Assembly (NCBI RefSeq): GCF_009914755.1
Contig: NC_060939.1
From: the human T2T-CHM13v2.0 reference genome, Homo sapiens
Strand: one strand, 5' to 3'
Length of the DNA: 64,000 bases
Shown here: one piece after another, positions 38,595 to 51,230 of the stretch
Numbering within the stretch: position 1 is the first letter of the stretch
Layout of the letters: every line of letters begins with the position of its first letter
Position numbers and translations under genes: made by a program
Notes under the pieces: model-generated
Databases searched by the model: none
The model's input: only the letters and a program-made list of their open reading frames with translations
What the model was told of the DNA's origin: nothing

Positions 38595-39001
38595 CATATG
38601 CTCCTCCACTTAACTATAGTTAATTCCTGATGAACACACTGTAAATTGAAAGAATCTTAAGTCAAAAGTGTGCATAATACACATAACCTACCAAACATCA
38701 TAGCTTAGTCTAGCCTACCTTAAACGTGCTCAGAACACTTACATTAGCCTATAGTTGGACAAAATCATCTGGCAACACAATACACTATAGAGTATAGGAC
38801 GTTTACCCCCCTGATCTCCTGGCTGACTGGGAGCTGCGGCTTGCTGCCACTGTCTAGCATCATGAGTGAGCATCTTACAGCATATCTAGCCTGGAAAAAG
38901 ATCAAAATTCAAAGTACAGTTCCTACTGAATGCTATCACTTTTGCACTATTGTAAAGTAGAAAAATTACAAGTCAAACTATTGTAAGCTGGGGACCATCT
39001 C
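38595..39001. mobile_element. MER47-like TcMar-Tigger element inserted in L1
   Basis: TA then catatgctcctccactta..., ccttaaacgtgctcagaacacttacattagcct, end gtaagctggggaccatct. Confidence 0.75.
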
Positions 39002-40610
39002 TTTATAAAATGTGATTTATTTTATAAAGTGACCTTGTATCCTGTGAATTTGCTAAACTCACTTATTAGTTCTGTGAACATTTTGCTAGATTCCTTGGGA
39101 TTTTCTGTATAGACAATCACATCATCCCTGAATAGACAACGTTTTATTTCTTCCTTTTCAGTAAGTATGCTTTTTATTTCTTTTTCTTGATCAATTGAAT
39201 TGGCCAGGACTTGAATATTGGATAGATGTATAAGAACAGACATCCTTTCCTTGTTCTCAATCATGGAGGGAGGGAATTTAAACCTTCACCATTAAGTATG
39301 CTAGGTTTAAGTTGTATGTGCATGTTCATGTGCATGTGTGCACATGCTACCCATTATGGGATTAAGAAAGTTCCCTTATGTTCCTAGTTTGCTGAGAGTC
39401 TGTTGAAAAATATACAATGAATGGAATTTGAACTTTATCATTTTTTCTGCATATATGTGGTTTTTCTTCTTTAGTATGTTTATATGGTAAAATACATTTC
39501 TCTAATTGTATTTTCTAATTTGGGACCAATCTTGCATTCCTGGGATAGACTTTGCTTGGTTATTTATTATCATTTTTATGTTTTTGCATTTGATTTGCTA
39601 ATACTTTGTTGAGAATTTTTGCATTTCTGTTTGTGAGGTATATTGGGGCATAGTTTTCTTGTGCAGTGTTTCTGTAGTTGTAGTATCAGGGTACTGCTAC
39701 CCTCCTAAAATGAGTTGGGAAGTGTTATCTCCAGTTTTCTTGAAGACTTGCAATTTTTGTATTTACAGATTTTTATTCTTTCTTTCCTAAATGTTTGGTA
39801 GAATTAATCAGGGAAACCATCAGAGCCTGGACTTTTTTATTTTTGGAAACTTTATACTTAAAATTCATTTTTTGAAACAGATATAGAAACATTTAGGTTA
39901 ACTTTTTTCTTGAGTGAGTTTGTCAGTTTGTCTCTTTCAAGAATTGGTTCAGTTCATCTAACCTGTGGAATCTATAAGCAGTGATTGTAGGATTCCCTTC
40001 TTCTACCTTTAATGCCTGTAAGGTCTATAGTTTTCTATTTTTTCTTGATAAATCTAAGTAGAGATTTATCAATTTTATTGATCATTTCAAAGAACAAGTT
40101 TTTTGTTCCCTTTTGTTTCCTTTACTTTTTATCAGTTGTATTGATTTATTCTATTTATCTTTTCCTCTTTTGATTGATTTGGGTTTAATTAGCTTTTTTT
40201 CCTACTGTTTTAAGTTTGAAACTTAGATTATTGATTTGAGGTTTTTCTGCTTTTTCAATATAAACATTTAATACTATAAATTTCCTTCTAAGCACTGCTG
40301 AGAAGGACATAGCTGTAGCTGCATCCCACAAATTTTGACATGTTGTATCTTCATTTTCAATCGGTTCAAAATAATTTCCAATTTCATTTGAAACTTCCCC
40401 TTTGACCCATGGGTTATTTAGAAGTGTGCCACTTAACTTCCAGGTATTTGGGGATTTTCCAGAATTTTTGTTATTGATTCCTAATTTAATACCTATTTGA
40501 TTAGAGAATACACTTTGTATGATTTCAATTATTTTTAATTTTTTAGGATTTGTATTATAGTCCAGGATATTATCTATATTCATGAATATCCATTTTCAAT
40601 TGAAAAAAAA
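39002..40610 (-). mobile_element. L1M ORF2 fragment (decayed)
   Basis: Minus ORFs give QEKEIKSILTEKEEIKRCLFRDDVIVYTENPKES (RT FADD region) and [20 protein letters not shown]...QNLWDAA (endonuclease C-terminal region). Confidence 0.85.
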
Positions 40611-42289
40611 AGTTTGGAGTCTGCTTTACAGTTAGATCAGGTTGATTGATAGTGTTAGTCAAGTGTTCTAGAATCAATGGGAAAGATAGGTTGTAGTGGG
40701 ATTACTCTTGGCCAGCAGTAGAAGTTTAAGTCGGATTTTGAACTCAGATTTTTCTGACTGTACAGTTGATATTGTTTCCATTATGCCACAACGAAACATG
40801 AAAAGCTCCTAAAAGGTCTAAAAATCTGCTAGGTATTATGCAGCAAACATAATTCTTGATCCTAAGTTTACCCTTATGCTGCAAGTAAATTCTATTTTTT
40901 GCTTAAAGAGGAAAAGTCAAAACCTACTTAGGAAATGTACAAGTTTTCTTGTTCTTTGCAAACAGACATTAAATATTTTATTTAATTTCTCATTGGAAAC
41001 AGGCTTTAAATATGTTTTCTAGTCTACCCAATTTTGAAAGACATGTCCTTCTATCTCTTTTAAAAGTTAATAACTTTGGAGTCAAAGGGCTACTTCCCTT
41101 TTACTATAGAGGGAAACACTGAGGCATAATGAGGAAAAAAATATCTTAAACCACTGCATTAGATATCAAATTTGAGCTTTTCTTCACTTTTCACTCACAC
41201 TCCTCCCTGCTTCCTTCTATTCCATGAGTTAGAGGGGTAGATTAGAGAAGTATTTTCCAGTCTTAAAGAAAAAAAAAACACCCACATTCTCTGTTCACAA
41301 ATATAAGTATCCCACACTCTCCTTCTGTTACATTTAAATTTTATAAGTAAATGAAACTTTTACTTAAAAGTTTTAAATAGTCATTTTATTTTTTTTTTCA
41401 AATTTCTTATGTCCCCCTCTCCTGAATTTCATGTGTACTCCCTAAGGATGACATCCCATGTTGGAAGTGCAAATCATTTCTTCTTCCAGATTCATCTAGA
41501 TCTTCCCATCTGGGGATCCTTTGGCAGTCTTCTTGTTCTCCTCAAAGTCTTTTTCACCTTAACCTGTCACACTGTGGCTCATGTGTATGCTCTGAAATGG
41601 ATCCATCATCATAGATGACCTTCTCCTTTTCCCCTGTAAACCCATGCCTTCCATAAGGGAGCAGGCCACAAAGCTAGCTAACCCATGCAGAAGTGTGCAA
41701 AGAAATCTATGTCACAACTCATGAGGACACTAGTGACAGGTCAGGGTTGATTGGTCAAGGGCTAAGGCCAAGCAAGTTCTCCCAGGAACGGTAGGCATCA
41801 CCAGCAGGTCACTAGTAATGAAAAACTTTCTTTGCTGTTTATTATGGCAGTGAAACCATATTTGGCTCTGCTACCAATTCTGCCATTATTTAATCAGAGC
41901 CAGCAGAGAGGCTACCAGACACATCTATTCTTTAACAGGTGCCTTCTCCAAAATACTTAATAATAATGGAAAATGAAGTAGTATTTCTATGGGTCATATT
42001 AACCTCTCACTTTTTCATAAGTTGGTTTTGGAGCTTAGGCATTTGGCTATGGGATGATGCAGGATATTTTTAAGGATTTGCCCTAAAATTTGTATAGTAT
42101 TACATAAAATATAAGAAAGGGTTAGAGAGGTATGGAGGAAAGGCAGTAATTAAAATAAAAGAGAGAGAGGTGATCAAGAGAATGGGTGAGGGTGAGAATG
42201 AGTGTGTGCATGAAACTAAAGACTTGGTATATTTTAAGCCTGAAAACAACATTATTTTTTAATCCATCCTCTTGTCTTCTTTACCACCC

Positions 42290-42835
42290 TCCTTAAATTG
42301 AGCTTCTGCTCCTATGCCAGTGTCAATCCTTAAGCTGCAAATGTAACTGTATTGGTCCTTTACTTAAAACATTTTAGGGGATGAAGTCTTTCCATGATCT
42401 GATTCCAAACTTCTGCTTTAGCCTCACCAGCTGCCAACCTTAACCTTTTGTTTAGACAATTTTCATTTCTTTTGAGTTTCTGAAGAACACTAGGCTATGT
42501 CATTCCTCTATGCCTCTGTATTTTTTATTCCTTCTGCCTGTCGTGTGATTCTCTTCTCTGCTGGCCAATTATTCTACAACACCTCCTCTGTGATGTCTTC
42601 CCTGACCATGCATTCAGTGAGAATTAATAACTTGTTCTTCCAAGAAACATTGTATATAGTATTTTCATTATAATAAGCAATTGTTATATGGTTATCATTG
42701 GTTTTGCTTTTGTTTCCTCACTGGTCTGTGAACTCCCTGTGGGCTGGGTCAGTGTCTTTTTGTCATTCTGTCATGTGTATCTAACATTGTGCCTGGTACA
42801 GTGTAGGCGCTTAGAGAATATTGTTTGATCTAAAT
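42290..42835 (+). mobile_element. L2 fragment
   Basis: ttccttctgcctg, cacctcctctgtgatgtcttccctgacc, gtgcctggtacagtgtaggcgct. Confidence 0.6.
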
Positions 42836-44488
42836 CAAACAGCTTATATAACAAGAAGTCACCAGTCTTTCACGATGTAGATTCTTATGTCAACTACACT
42901 GCTGTGTTGTCACTAATATGGTATATAATGTATCTGCTCTAGGGGAGAAAAAAGATTTTTAGGCAGATCAAGCTAGATCAAGTAATCATCTCTTTTTTCA
43001 TTTGAATAAGGTTACCCCAAAGGAAAATGTAATAAACAGAATATTTTTACATCAATCTTTTATATTTAGGGGAGAAGAGGATTTGTAAATTTTTTTCACG
43101 AGCTAGTTAGAAAAACTAAACCCCTATGCAATGTTGTACTTCTCAAAATAATATCCAAAGGAACAGCAGTTCTAGACTAAATACTAAATCCAAATGGGGC
43201 TAGATTCCATCTTCATTTTGGAAACAGCTACAGCTGTGGCCAGCCCAGCAGCTGATGGAATGCAGTTGAGGGTTTGATATGGGGGAAAGGAAAGGTTTTC
43301 TGCACAAAGGCAGTTGGTGCATAGACCCTGCCCTTCCCTGCCCCTGCATCCTGTTCCCAACGCCTCATCACTACCCAGGAAATACATTGGTGATCTTGCC
43401 AAGATCTGGCAATTGGATTCTGTACTGTTGGGAATATCATGGTAAAGGGCCTCAAAATAAAATCTAAGATGACAATATTATATTCTACGTCTCAAACTCC
43501 CACCAAGTTTGGACAATTATCGAGTTAAGCCACAGAGAATGCTTAAAAAATTTCTATAAATTGTGTTTTGCAATTTATCTGAGGCAAAAGAAACCTAATA
43601 GTTCCAATGTAATTAAGCCTCTCCTTTTCCAAAAATATTACAGTACAAGATCATATGCCTGCTGGAAATGACACACTAGTCTTAACCAGCAAATTATGGA
43701 GAAGATAATTTCCAGTCCTTTCTTCTGCATCTGCCCCTGTACTCTACCCACTTTTTCCCCATTCCTTATTAATTCATCAGGAAGCACATTTGATAAAAAA
43801 TGAGTGTCTGATCTATAACAGTTTAAGAGGTATTAGCATCTCCATGGATGTAGCATATTTATCCTGTTAAAGGGCTACTAGGAAAACTAATTATGGCTGT
43901 GGAAATCAGGATAGTGGTAACTAAGTGGAAGCATTGGAAGGAGGCACAAGGCGGGTTTCTGGGGTGCTGCTTATGCTCTGTTTCTTGATCTGGGTGCTGG
44001 TTACATGAATGTGCTCAAGCTATGAAAAAAAATTAAGCTATACCCTTATTATTTATACACTTTTCTGTATGTATGATTACTTCAATAAAAATAAACAATA
44101 ATTATAACGATTATGATAATCAAAATATCAGTCTTGTGTTGGTTCAAAACACGAGTTTATGTCTTCAGCTAGATATCAGTTTATAGTCTTCACAAATACT
44201 ATAAAGATCAGTAAGTCTATGTCTAGACTATAAAGTCAGTATAGGTATGTGGAATATACCTTTTAGTAAGAGGTCATTTGTTTACTTTGGGAACAGGAGG
44301 CCCAGAAACCAGCTGAAGAGGCCTGTTTCTCAGTGAGTAGAAAGGCTGGAAAGGTTCTTTCCAGCTCTTGTTGCCCACTGCCCAGTTCTTCTTCAGTCAT
44401 CTTCATGTTATTACTGAACAACCCTTTGGGAAAGACAGAGCAGATATAATCAACCTAACTTTTAAAAAGAGGAGACTGAGGCACATAG

Positions 44489-45126
44489 TTTTTTTTAACT
44501 TTTATTTTAAGTTCAGGGATACAAGTGCAGGTTTGTTACATAGGTAAACTTGTGTCATGGGGGTGTGTCGTACAGATTATTTCATCACCCAGGTATTAAG
44601 CCTAGTTCCCATTAGTTATCTTTTCTGATCCTCTCCCTCCTCCTACCCTCCCCCACTGATAGGCCCCAGTGTATGTTGTTCCCCTCTAGGTGTCTATATG
44701 TTCTCATCATTTAGCTCCCACTTGTAAGTGAGAACATACAGTATTTGGTTTTCTGTTCCTACATTAGTTTGCTAAGGATAATAGCCTCCAGCTCCTTCCA
44801 TGTCCCTGCAAAGGACATGCTCTTATTCTTTTTTATGGTGTGTAATATTCCATGCTGTATATGTACCACATTTTCTTTATCCAGTCTATCGTTGATGGGC
44901 ATTTAGGTTGCTATTGTGAATAGTGCTGCAGTGAACATACATATGCATGTGTCTTTATGGTAGAATGATTTATATTCCTTTGGGTATATACCCAGTAATG
45001 GGATTGCTGAGTCAAATGGTAGTTCTGCTTTAGGTCTTTGAGGAATTGCCACACTGTCTTCCACAATGGCTGAAGTAATTTGTACTCCCACCAACCGTGT
45101 ATAAGTGTTCCTCTTTCCCCACAAGC
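44489..45126 (-). mobile_element. L1PA (about PA11-13) 3' end inserted into a MIR
   Basis: T tail, then aagttcagggatacaagtgcaggtttgttacataggtaaacttgtgtcatgg; near-TSD tgaggca(c/t)ata at 44477 and 45128; MIR sequence resumes on both sides. Confidence 0.85.
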
Positions 45127-45570
45127 TTGAGGCATATAATTATTAATAATCTGTTCAAACTAATAAAGTCGGTGGTGATGCTAGGATTAGGACCCAGATC
45201 TGCTGATTCCTGATGTAGAATTTCTATTTTATACAAGTCAGTGTGTTGCATCCAAGTCAACAATCACTGTGTCCAGTTCCTTCTTTTTGACATTAAATCA
45301 ATAAAATACTATGATTATTGACATAGCATTTGGACTTTATTGACCTTGATCAAAGTCTTCATGCTTAAACTCTTTTCCCTGACAAATCCTGCCTAACCTC
45401 CTACCAAGGAAACAATACCCATCCCTCTCCTGTGGTCTCCTGCAGGCAGAAAACCATTATATTTCTCAGCTTTCCTCAAGTAGCAGACAAAATTAGCAGG
45501 TCTGTGAGAGGAATTTTTGGTGAAAGAGGATGGTGGAGTTTTCTGGGGTACCCCAATTGTGAGAATCCAG

Positions 45571-45735
45571 CAGTGGCTTCCCAAGGGAGGCTATAGGGTG
45601 GGAGGATCTGTGGGGGAGCAGTCTGCAATGGGTACAGGCAATTAGAGGGTGCATTTTCTGCAGAGAATTTGAGAACAGTAATAAAGCCAACTAAAAGTTG
45701 TTGGTCAGCTTTTTATTATCACCATGTGCCTAAAA
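45571..45735. mobile_element. MER97-like hAT-Tip100 fragment
   Basis: cagtggcttcccaaggg...gggtgcattttctgcagagaatttg...taataaagccaactaaaagt...ctttttattatcaccatg. Confidence 0.5.
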
Positions 45736-48700
45736 ATCCTGAGCAGCCCTTCCTGCAGATATTCCTACAGACTGGACCTGAGAGTAGTAGTGAGGAGTAC
45801 AACTGACCATTTCCCTACCTCCACCCCTTTGCCACATTTTGACATTAAAACTCTTGTAGTTGTAGGACATGACATTGCCAACGCACTGAGAGGCATGAAC
45901 TGTTTGTCTCTAGGGCCAGAGGGATAAGACACTTGTTTGAGGAAGGTGTTATAGGTAGACATTCCAGTTGGTTCTAGGTCTGCATCCTTCTCATGAACAT
46001 ATTTTCAGCATCTATTCATAGAACTGCAGCCCACAGACCTTGAGCAGATAATTGAGAACACATAGACTTCAGATGTAGAATTTGGCTCAGAGGCCTTCAT
46101 GGAGGTGGCACTTTCACTTGGCTCACCTTTCAAGACCACAGTCTTTCCAAGGTGCTGCCTACTTACCTGGGTTAGTTGAATAACTTCACCTTTTCTCCTC
46201 TGATATTGATCTTCTGTGACTTTAACTAAACTTTAGTTTCTGAAGTGCTTCCTTTTAAAAGGAAGAGAATTTTGTTATTCTTAACTTTTCTTTCATAATA
46301 GCTTCATACCTCCTTGATCCCACCCCAGAACACAGTAGCTGATTACAAAGATATTTTCTGCAAGGAGCCTCATTTGGATTTACCTACACCAAGCTGAAAT
46401 GCCTGAGTACCATCCAAAAGGGAAGAAAAAAAAATGTGTCCTGTAGTATCAAAAATGCTGGAATGGAGATATAAAGTAATGTATAGTCAGTGAGAGCATG
46501 TTTTATATCTATGACAGAATATTCTGACATTAGAAGCGCAGACTAAAATCAAACAAAATGAAACAACAGTATGTCCAGCACTCAGCTTTGTAAAAATCCC
46601 AGGCTGTAAGCACATTTAATTTATTTTTCAGGATGACACAGCAGCTAAAACAATTTAGTCCACAAGAAGATTCCACAAACAATGCATCAACAGTCTCCCA
46701 AAATATACATATTTACTTTTAATTCCTCAGTTGAGGCCATGGAAATAAAAATGGAGGTGAGTGAGAAAATTATTGTGGACCCTGATAATCACTGAACTAT
46801 TGATAATGGGGATAAAATAAACATTTGGGGAACTTTACTGGCTACTCAGTGTTATACCCATTCACATTAGAGGTTTAATTCTTAAGGAATGATTTATGAA
46901 AAAATAAAGGGATTCTACTGGAACTTCTTGAGACATACAAACCCTGAGAGAGGCTTAGTATTTTAAAAAAAACCTATAGAAAAATTTGCACTTGGATAAT
47001 CCTGTAGTACCCCAATTAATTAGAAGAAATATGTTCCAGGGAAGCATTTCATTTCTGAAATCCTGCAACACTCTCCCTAAGACAATGAACAGGATTTACT
47101 GTGGCTACCAAGTCGTCACTGACCCTGAAGATTGGTTCCACTCACTCTTTGTGGTTCAAAAAAAGCACACCCAGCTTACCATTTGGTTTTAGCTTCTTGC
47201 TCACATAGTGTTTGAGGGGTTTTGTTGTTTCTTTTTGACATACCATGTGATTTTATTCTAAGGAGGTCAAGAACAGGCAAAAATATAGGGAAAAATTTAA
47301 ACAGTGGTTGCCTCAGAAAGTAGAGATCAGGGGTTGATTACCAAGGGGCATAAGGGGACTTTTGTTTTATATCTTCATTGGAGTAGCTGGTTACACAGGC
47401 ATACACTGTCAAAACATTTAACTGTTTATGTGACATCTGTGTATTACATTATATGCAAATTTTATCTGAAAATGTAAGCTAAATATGACTGTGCTCAGAA
47501 TTAATGGAAAAGTGTAGACCTTCCTAAACTCCTTTCAACCCCTGGGGGTGATGCTTTAAAGCCAGCGAGGTTTCTTTGTATCCAGACAGAGAATGTGAGT
47601 CCCAGCATGTAACAAGGGATGAAGTGGAGGCTAGGCTGGGGCTGAGTATGATGACATGAGGCAGTGTCAATCATACTAAGAGGACAACCTGGGACAGGGA
47701 TGTGGGCTGCAGGAAGATGCCCCTTAGGACCAAAACTGCATCAGGTAAGTGCCTGCCAAGAGCTGTCTTCTGAAAATGGGCATCTGACCTTATTAAGAAA
47801 GGTTGGTTGGGTTGGCTGTTGAAGGCCTCTAGCCAGCTCTTGCACATGGCTGAATTATCTGATGGAACCAGGACGAGCTTAATGTTTCTGAGAGGCTTCA
47901 CAGTATGGTGCTTCTCTTTCCCAGCCCCACTCTACCCCATTCTGAGTAAGCAGAGTTGGTCTATTTACTCACTAATTGGTCTATAATTGTCAATGCTTCT
48001 TCACAGGGGACAAAGGAGTTGAAATCTTACAGGGAGTTTAAAATATTCACTAGTAGACTGTCAAAGGCAACTGAGAAAAAATCCTAGAATGTTAAATGCC
48101 ATAAGACATTTCTCTCACCTTTCCTTTTACTCTACACAAAGAAATAAAGATCCCAAGAAATGGTTAAAACATAAAAAGGCATATAAAGATTAAAAGGCAT
48201 TTTTCTTAGTTTTTAAAAAATACATAGACTCGTTTTGACTTTATAGATTTTAAAATAAAATAAAGTGCAAATGCAAAGGCCATATTTATATGGGGATCTC
48301 ACAAATAAGCATAATTTGTCTTGTGGCTCAAATGACTACTGATAAAGCTACAAATAGTGTTTACTAGGGGGAAAACTGTGATCTTCAACTATTTACCACT
48401 TAGTCAAGAAATATTTGTTAAACAAAGAACTTCTCACTAAAGAAGATTCACAAGGTAAAAAATGAGGAGCACATGATGAGAATGAATTACTCAGAGAGAA
48501 AAAGGGAAAATATGAACACACACAAACATGAGAGAAAACACCTGCTTGTCTATGAACATTTGACTTAATACAGTTCCCAGAAATGTTACAATGAAATAGC
48601 TGTTAACAAAAAAATCAGATTAAATTAAATGACATTACAATTTCAAAGGTCAGGAGATAAAAATGCCTTTCTTCTCTTTTTACTTCTGAGATTTCTCTTT

Positions 48701-51126
48701 TCCAGAATTCCCTGGTGATGAAACCAACAGATGGAGTTATTTCTTTTTAAGCTTAAAGAAAGGTCACCAATAGCTTTTAACAGATTACAAATGACTTGAC
48801 ACATGATTTCAGAAGTGGGGAAAATTCTATGGAGGCAAGAACACTTCAAGAATCGATGAAAAAAGATTTCATAACAGCGCAGGCCAAAATTAACATTGCT
48901 AAAGTGGTTCTATTTTAATTAACTAGGTGCAGACCATCTTATAGTCCTCTGAATCAATTGTGACTGTTGTATTAGACAATTTTGAAAATTCTTTGATATT
49001 TAAATTTGATATTATTGCTTAACAATGAAAGGCCTTTTGTTACCTTAAGGTAAAACCTTCACTTTCATACCCAGGCCCAGTCTGTGGTGTAATTACAAAG
49101 GCATTTGCCTGTCCAACATTATTTTCATTAGACTCAACCAAAACAATATTCCCATTCTATGCTCCCTGTCTGTGATAGAGACAATTGTTGTTGCTATGAA
49201 TGTCAGGGCTTTCCTTCATAAAGATGGAGTGATCCTTAGAAATGACTGGCCCCCAGTTTTCCTGAAAAGTTTCTTATATTGGGAGAAGCTCTAGGATACC
49301 AAAGCTGTACTTAAAAGAGGGAGGTTAGAGGTTAAAAAAGAAGGTATTTTACTGCTTAAAGAAGAGCAACTTTGAGATCCCTTTAACCTTGCCATGTGAA
49401 TCCTCAAAAGAATACAGTATTTATTTTTATTTTTAATTTTTATTTTATATCTTTTCTAAGTGATTTCAAAGATATTGAAAGGGCTTGTTGGAACCATCAG
49501 AAGTCTTAAGCTCTCTTTAGTTATTAATCAATGGAGGTCAGTGAATTACAGCAATATGTAGTAAATACATTTATTTCAGGATCATTATTAATAAGCCAGC
49601 GCCCTGTACTAGTAGTGGTTAGGAAGAATTGCTTTAATAGGGATACAGTTATGCTTATCTTCTTTCTCACCTCTGCCCATGCTTAACCTGGTAGCTTAGG
49701 GTGTCACAAGCTTCCTCTCAAAGTTAAAAAAGAATTTGTTAAATTATTTTCCTGAATAGTCTTATATATGTTTCATAAATATGTAACCTTAACAAGAGTT
49801 ACTTCACCTATATCAGTCTTGATTTCCTCATTGGTGAAATGATGGGTAGTTTAAAAAATTTCTTCCAACTCTAAAAACTTACAATCAGTGCAGATTTTTT
49901 TGATGAATGATGTAATTCCATGATACTCAGGAGTCTGTGTTCACCACCCATGCATCCTTCCTCCCAAAATTCTAAAAAAAAATGCTTCACCAATATAAGG
50001 AATTAATTAAAGAAAGAGGAATACAGAGGATCTAGGATCTTGATAAGTCAATACAGGAAACATTAGGGAAGTCCAAAAGAGAATATTGAACAAAAATCAT
50101 AGAACAATGTGTAGCAAGCCTGCAGAGTAGCTAGTCTAGATCAAAATAAGAGGACAGAGGCCTTCGGAAAGGCTACTTTTAATGAAAAGATGAATGGAAC
50201 TTCTAACTTTTCTGTTGACTTTGACCATGAAAACAGTTTTAGAATTCTTTAGAAGAATTTGGGGGTAAATTAGAGTTAGTACATAGAAGAATAAGCTTTG
50301 AAAAATTAAGCTGTTATTAACTCCGGGGAAAACATAAGATGTACATGGAAGATAACATATACTATGTGATTCTGCTATAAACCATATTTATATCTTAATA
50401 ATGCTGTTCCTTTTTATTCAATCAAAGATTGTTATATTAAGAGAATGGGTAGGAGTTCAGAGAAGGAGTTTAGAATGTGTGTATGCTGGGGGAAGGCATT
50501 GGTCTGTGTAAGGAGCTATATCATAATTTTTATAGACAAAAATCAACAGATATTGTCTAGTAATAACATTTTAATGTGTGCAACCTAGAAATATGGAAAT
50601 AAACTCCAGGAGAAACAAACAAAATTAAAAGTGGGTTGCCTCTGGGAAGTGGGGCTCCACAGTAGGGGAGGGCAGTAGGGACAGTGTCCCTACTCTGAGT
50701 AGCGAAGGTAATCCCCTGTATTACTGTAGGCAGAGTAGGGACGGCAATCCCATGTATTACTCTACTGCTATTTGATTTCTCAAACTATATAAAACAAACA
50801 CTTTAATAAAAATTAAAATGTTTTTTAAAGAATTGTCCTGTATATGTTTAGAGGGAAAGGCACCATAATTTCAACTATTTCTACTGAGACAAAATGATTC
50901 ACTTTTTTTCAGAGTGGTGCTTATTTTTTTGTTGTTCTTTACATTTGCAGAAATGAGATTGTCTATACACTGATAAATAATAGGTATTATACATCTATCT
51001 CAACATGGATAGGAAATCAGTCACCAAGATTTGAGTATTGAAGATGGTACATGGGCTGATTTTCAGCAGTCACCCCGACACAGTCCCCTCTTTGCCACTT
51101 CCAACATGTTCTGCCTGCCACTTGCT

Positions 51127-51230
51127 AAGATTGCCAGATAAAATACAAGATGCCTTGTTAAATTTGAATTTCAGATAAATAACAATTTTTTAAGTATTCA
51201 AGTGTATCCTAAATATTGCATGGGATAAAT
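51127..51230. mobile_element. MER53 half element
   Basis: ttgccagataaaatacaagatgccttgttaaatttgaatttcagataaa...aaatattgcatggga. Confidence 0.75.

Noticed and set aside
39022-40583. L1 ORF2-like ORFs as active genes
   Set aside because: Fragmentary and frameshifted; the RT FADD motif is altered to FRDD.
51127-51230. MER53 as a miR-1302-type hairpin source
   Set aside because: Only one arm of the palindrome remains, so no long stem can form.
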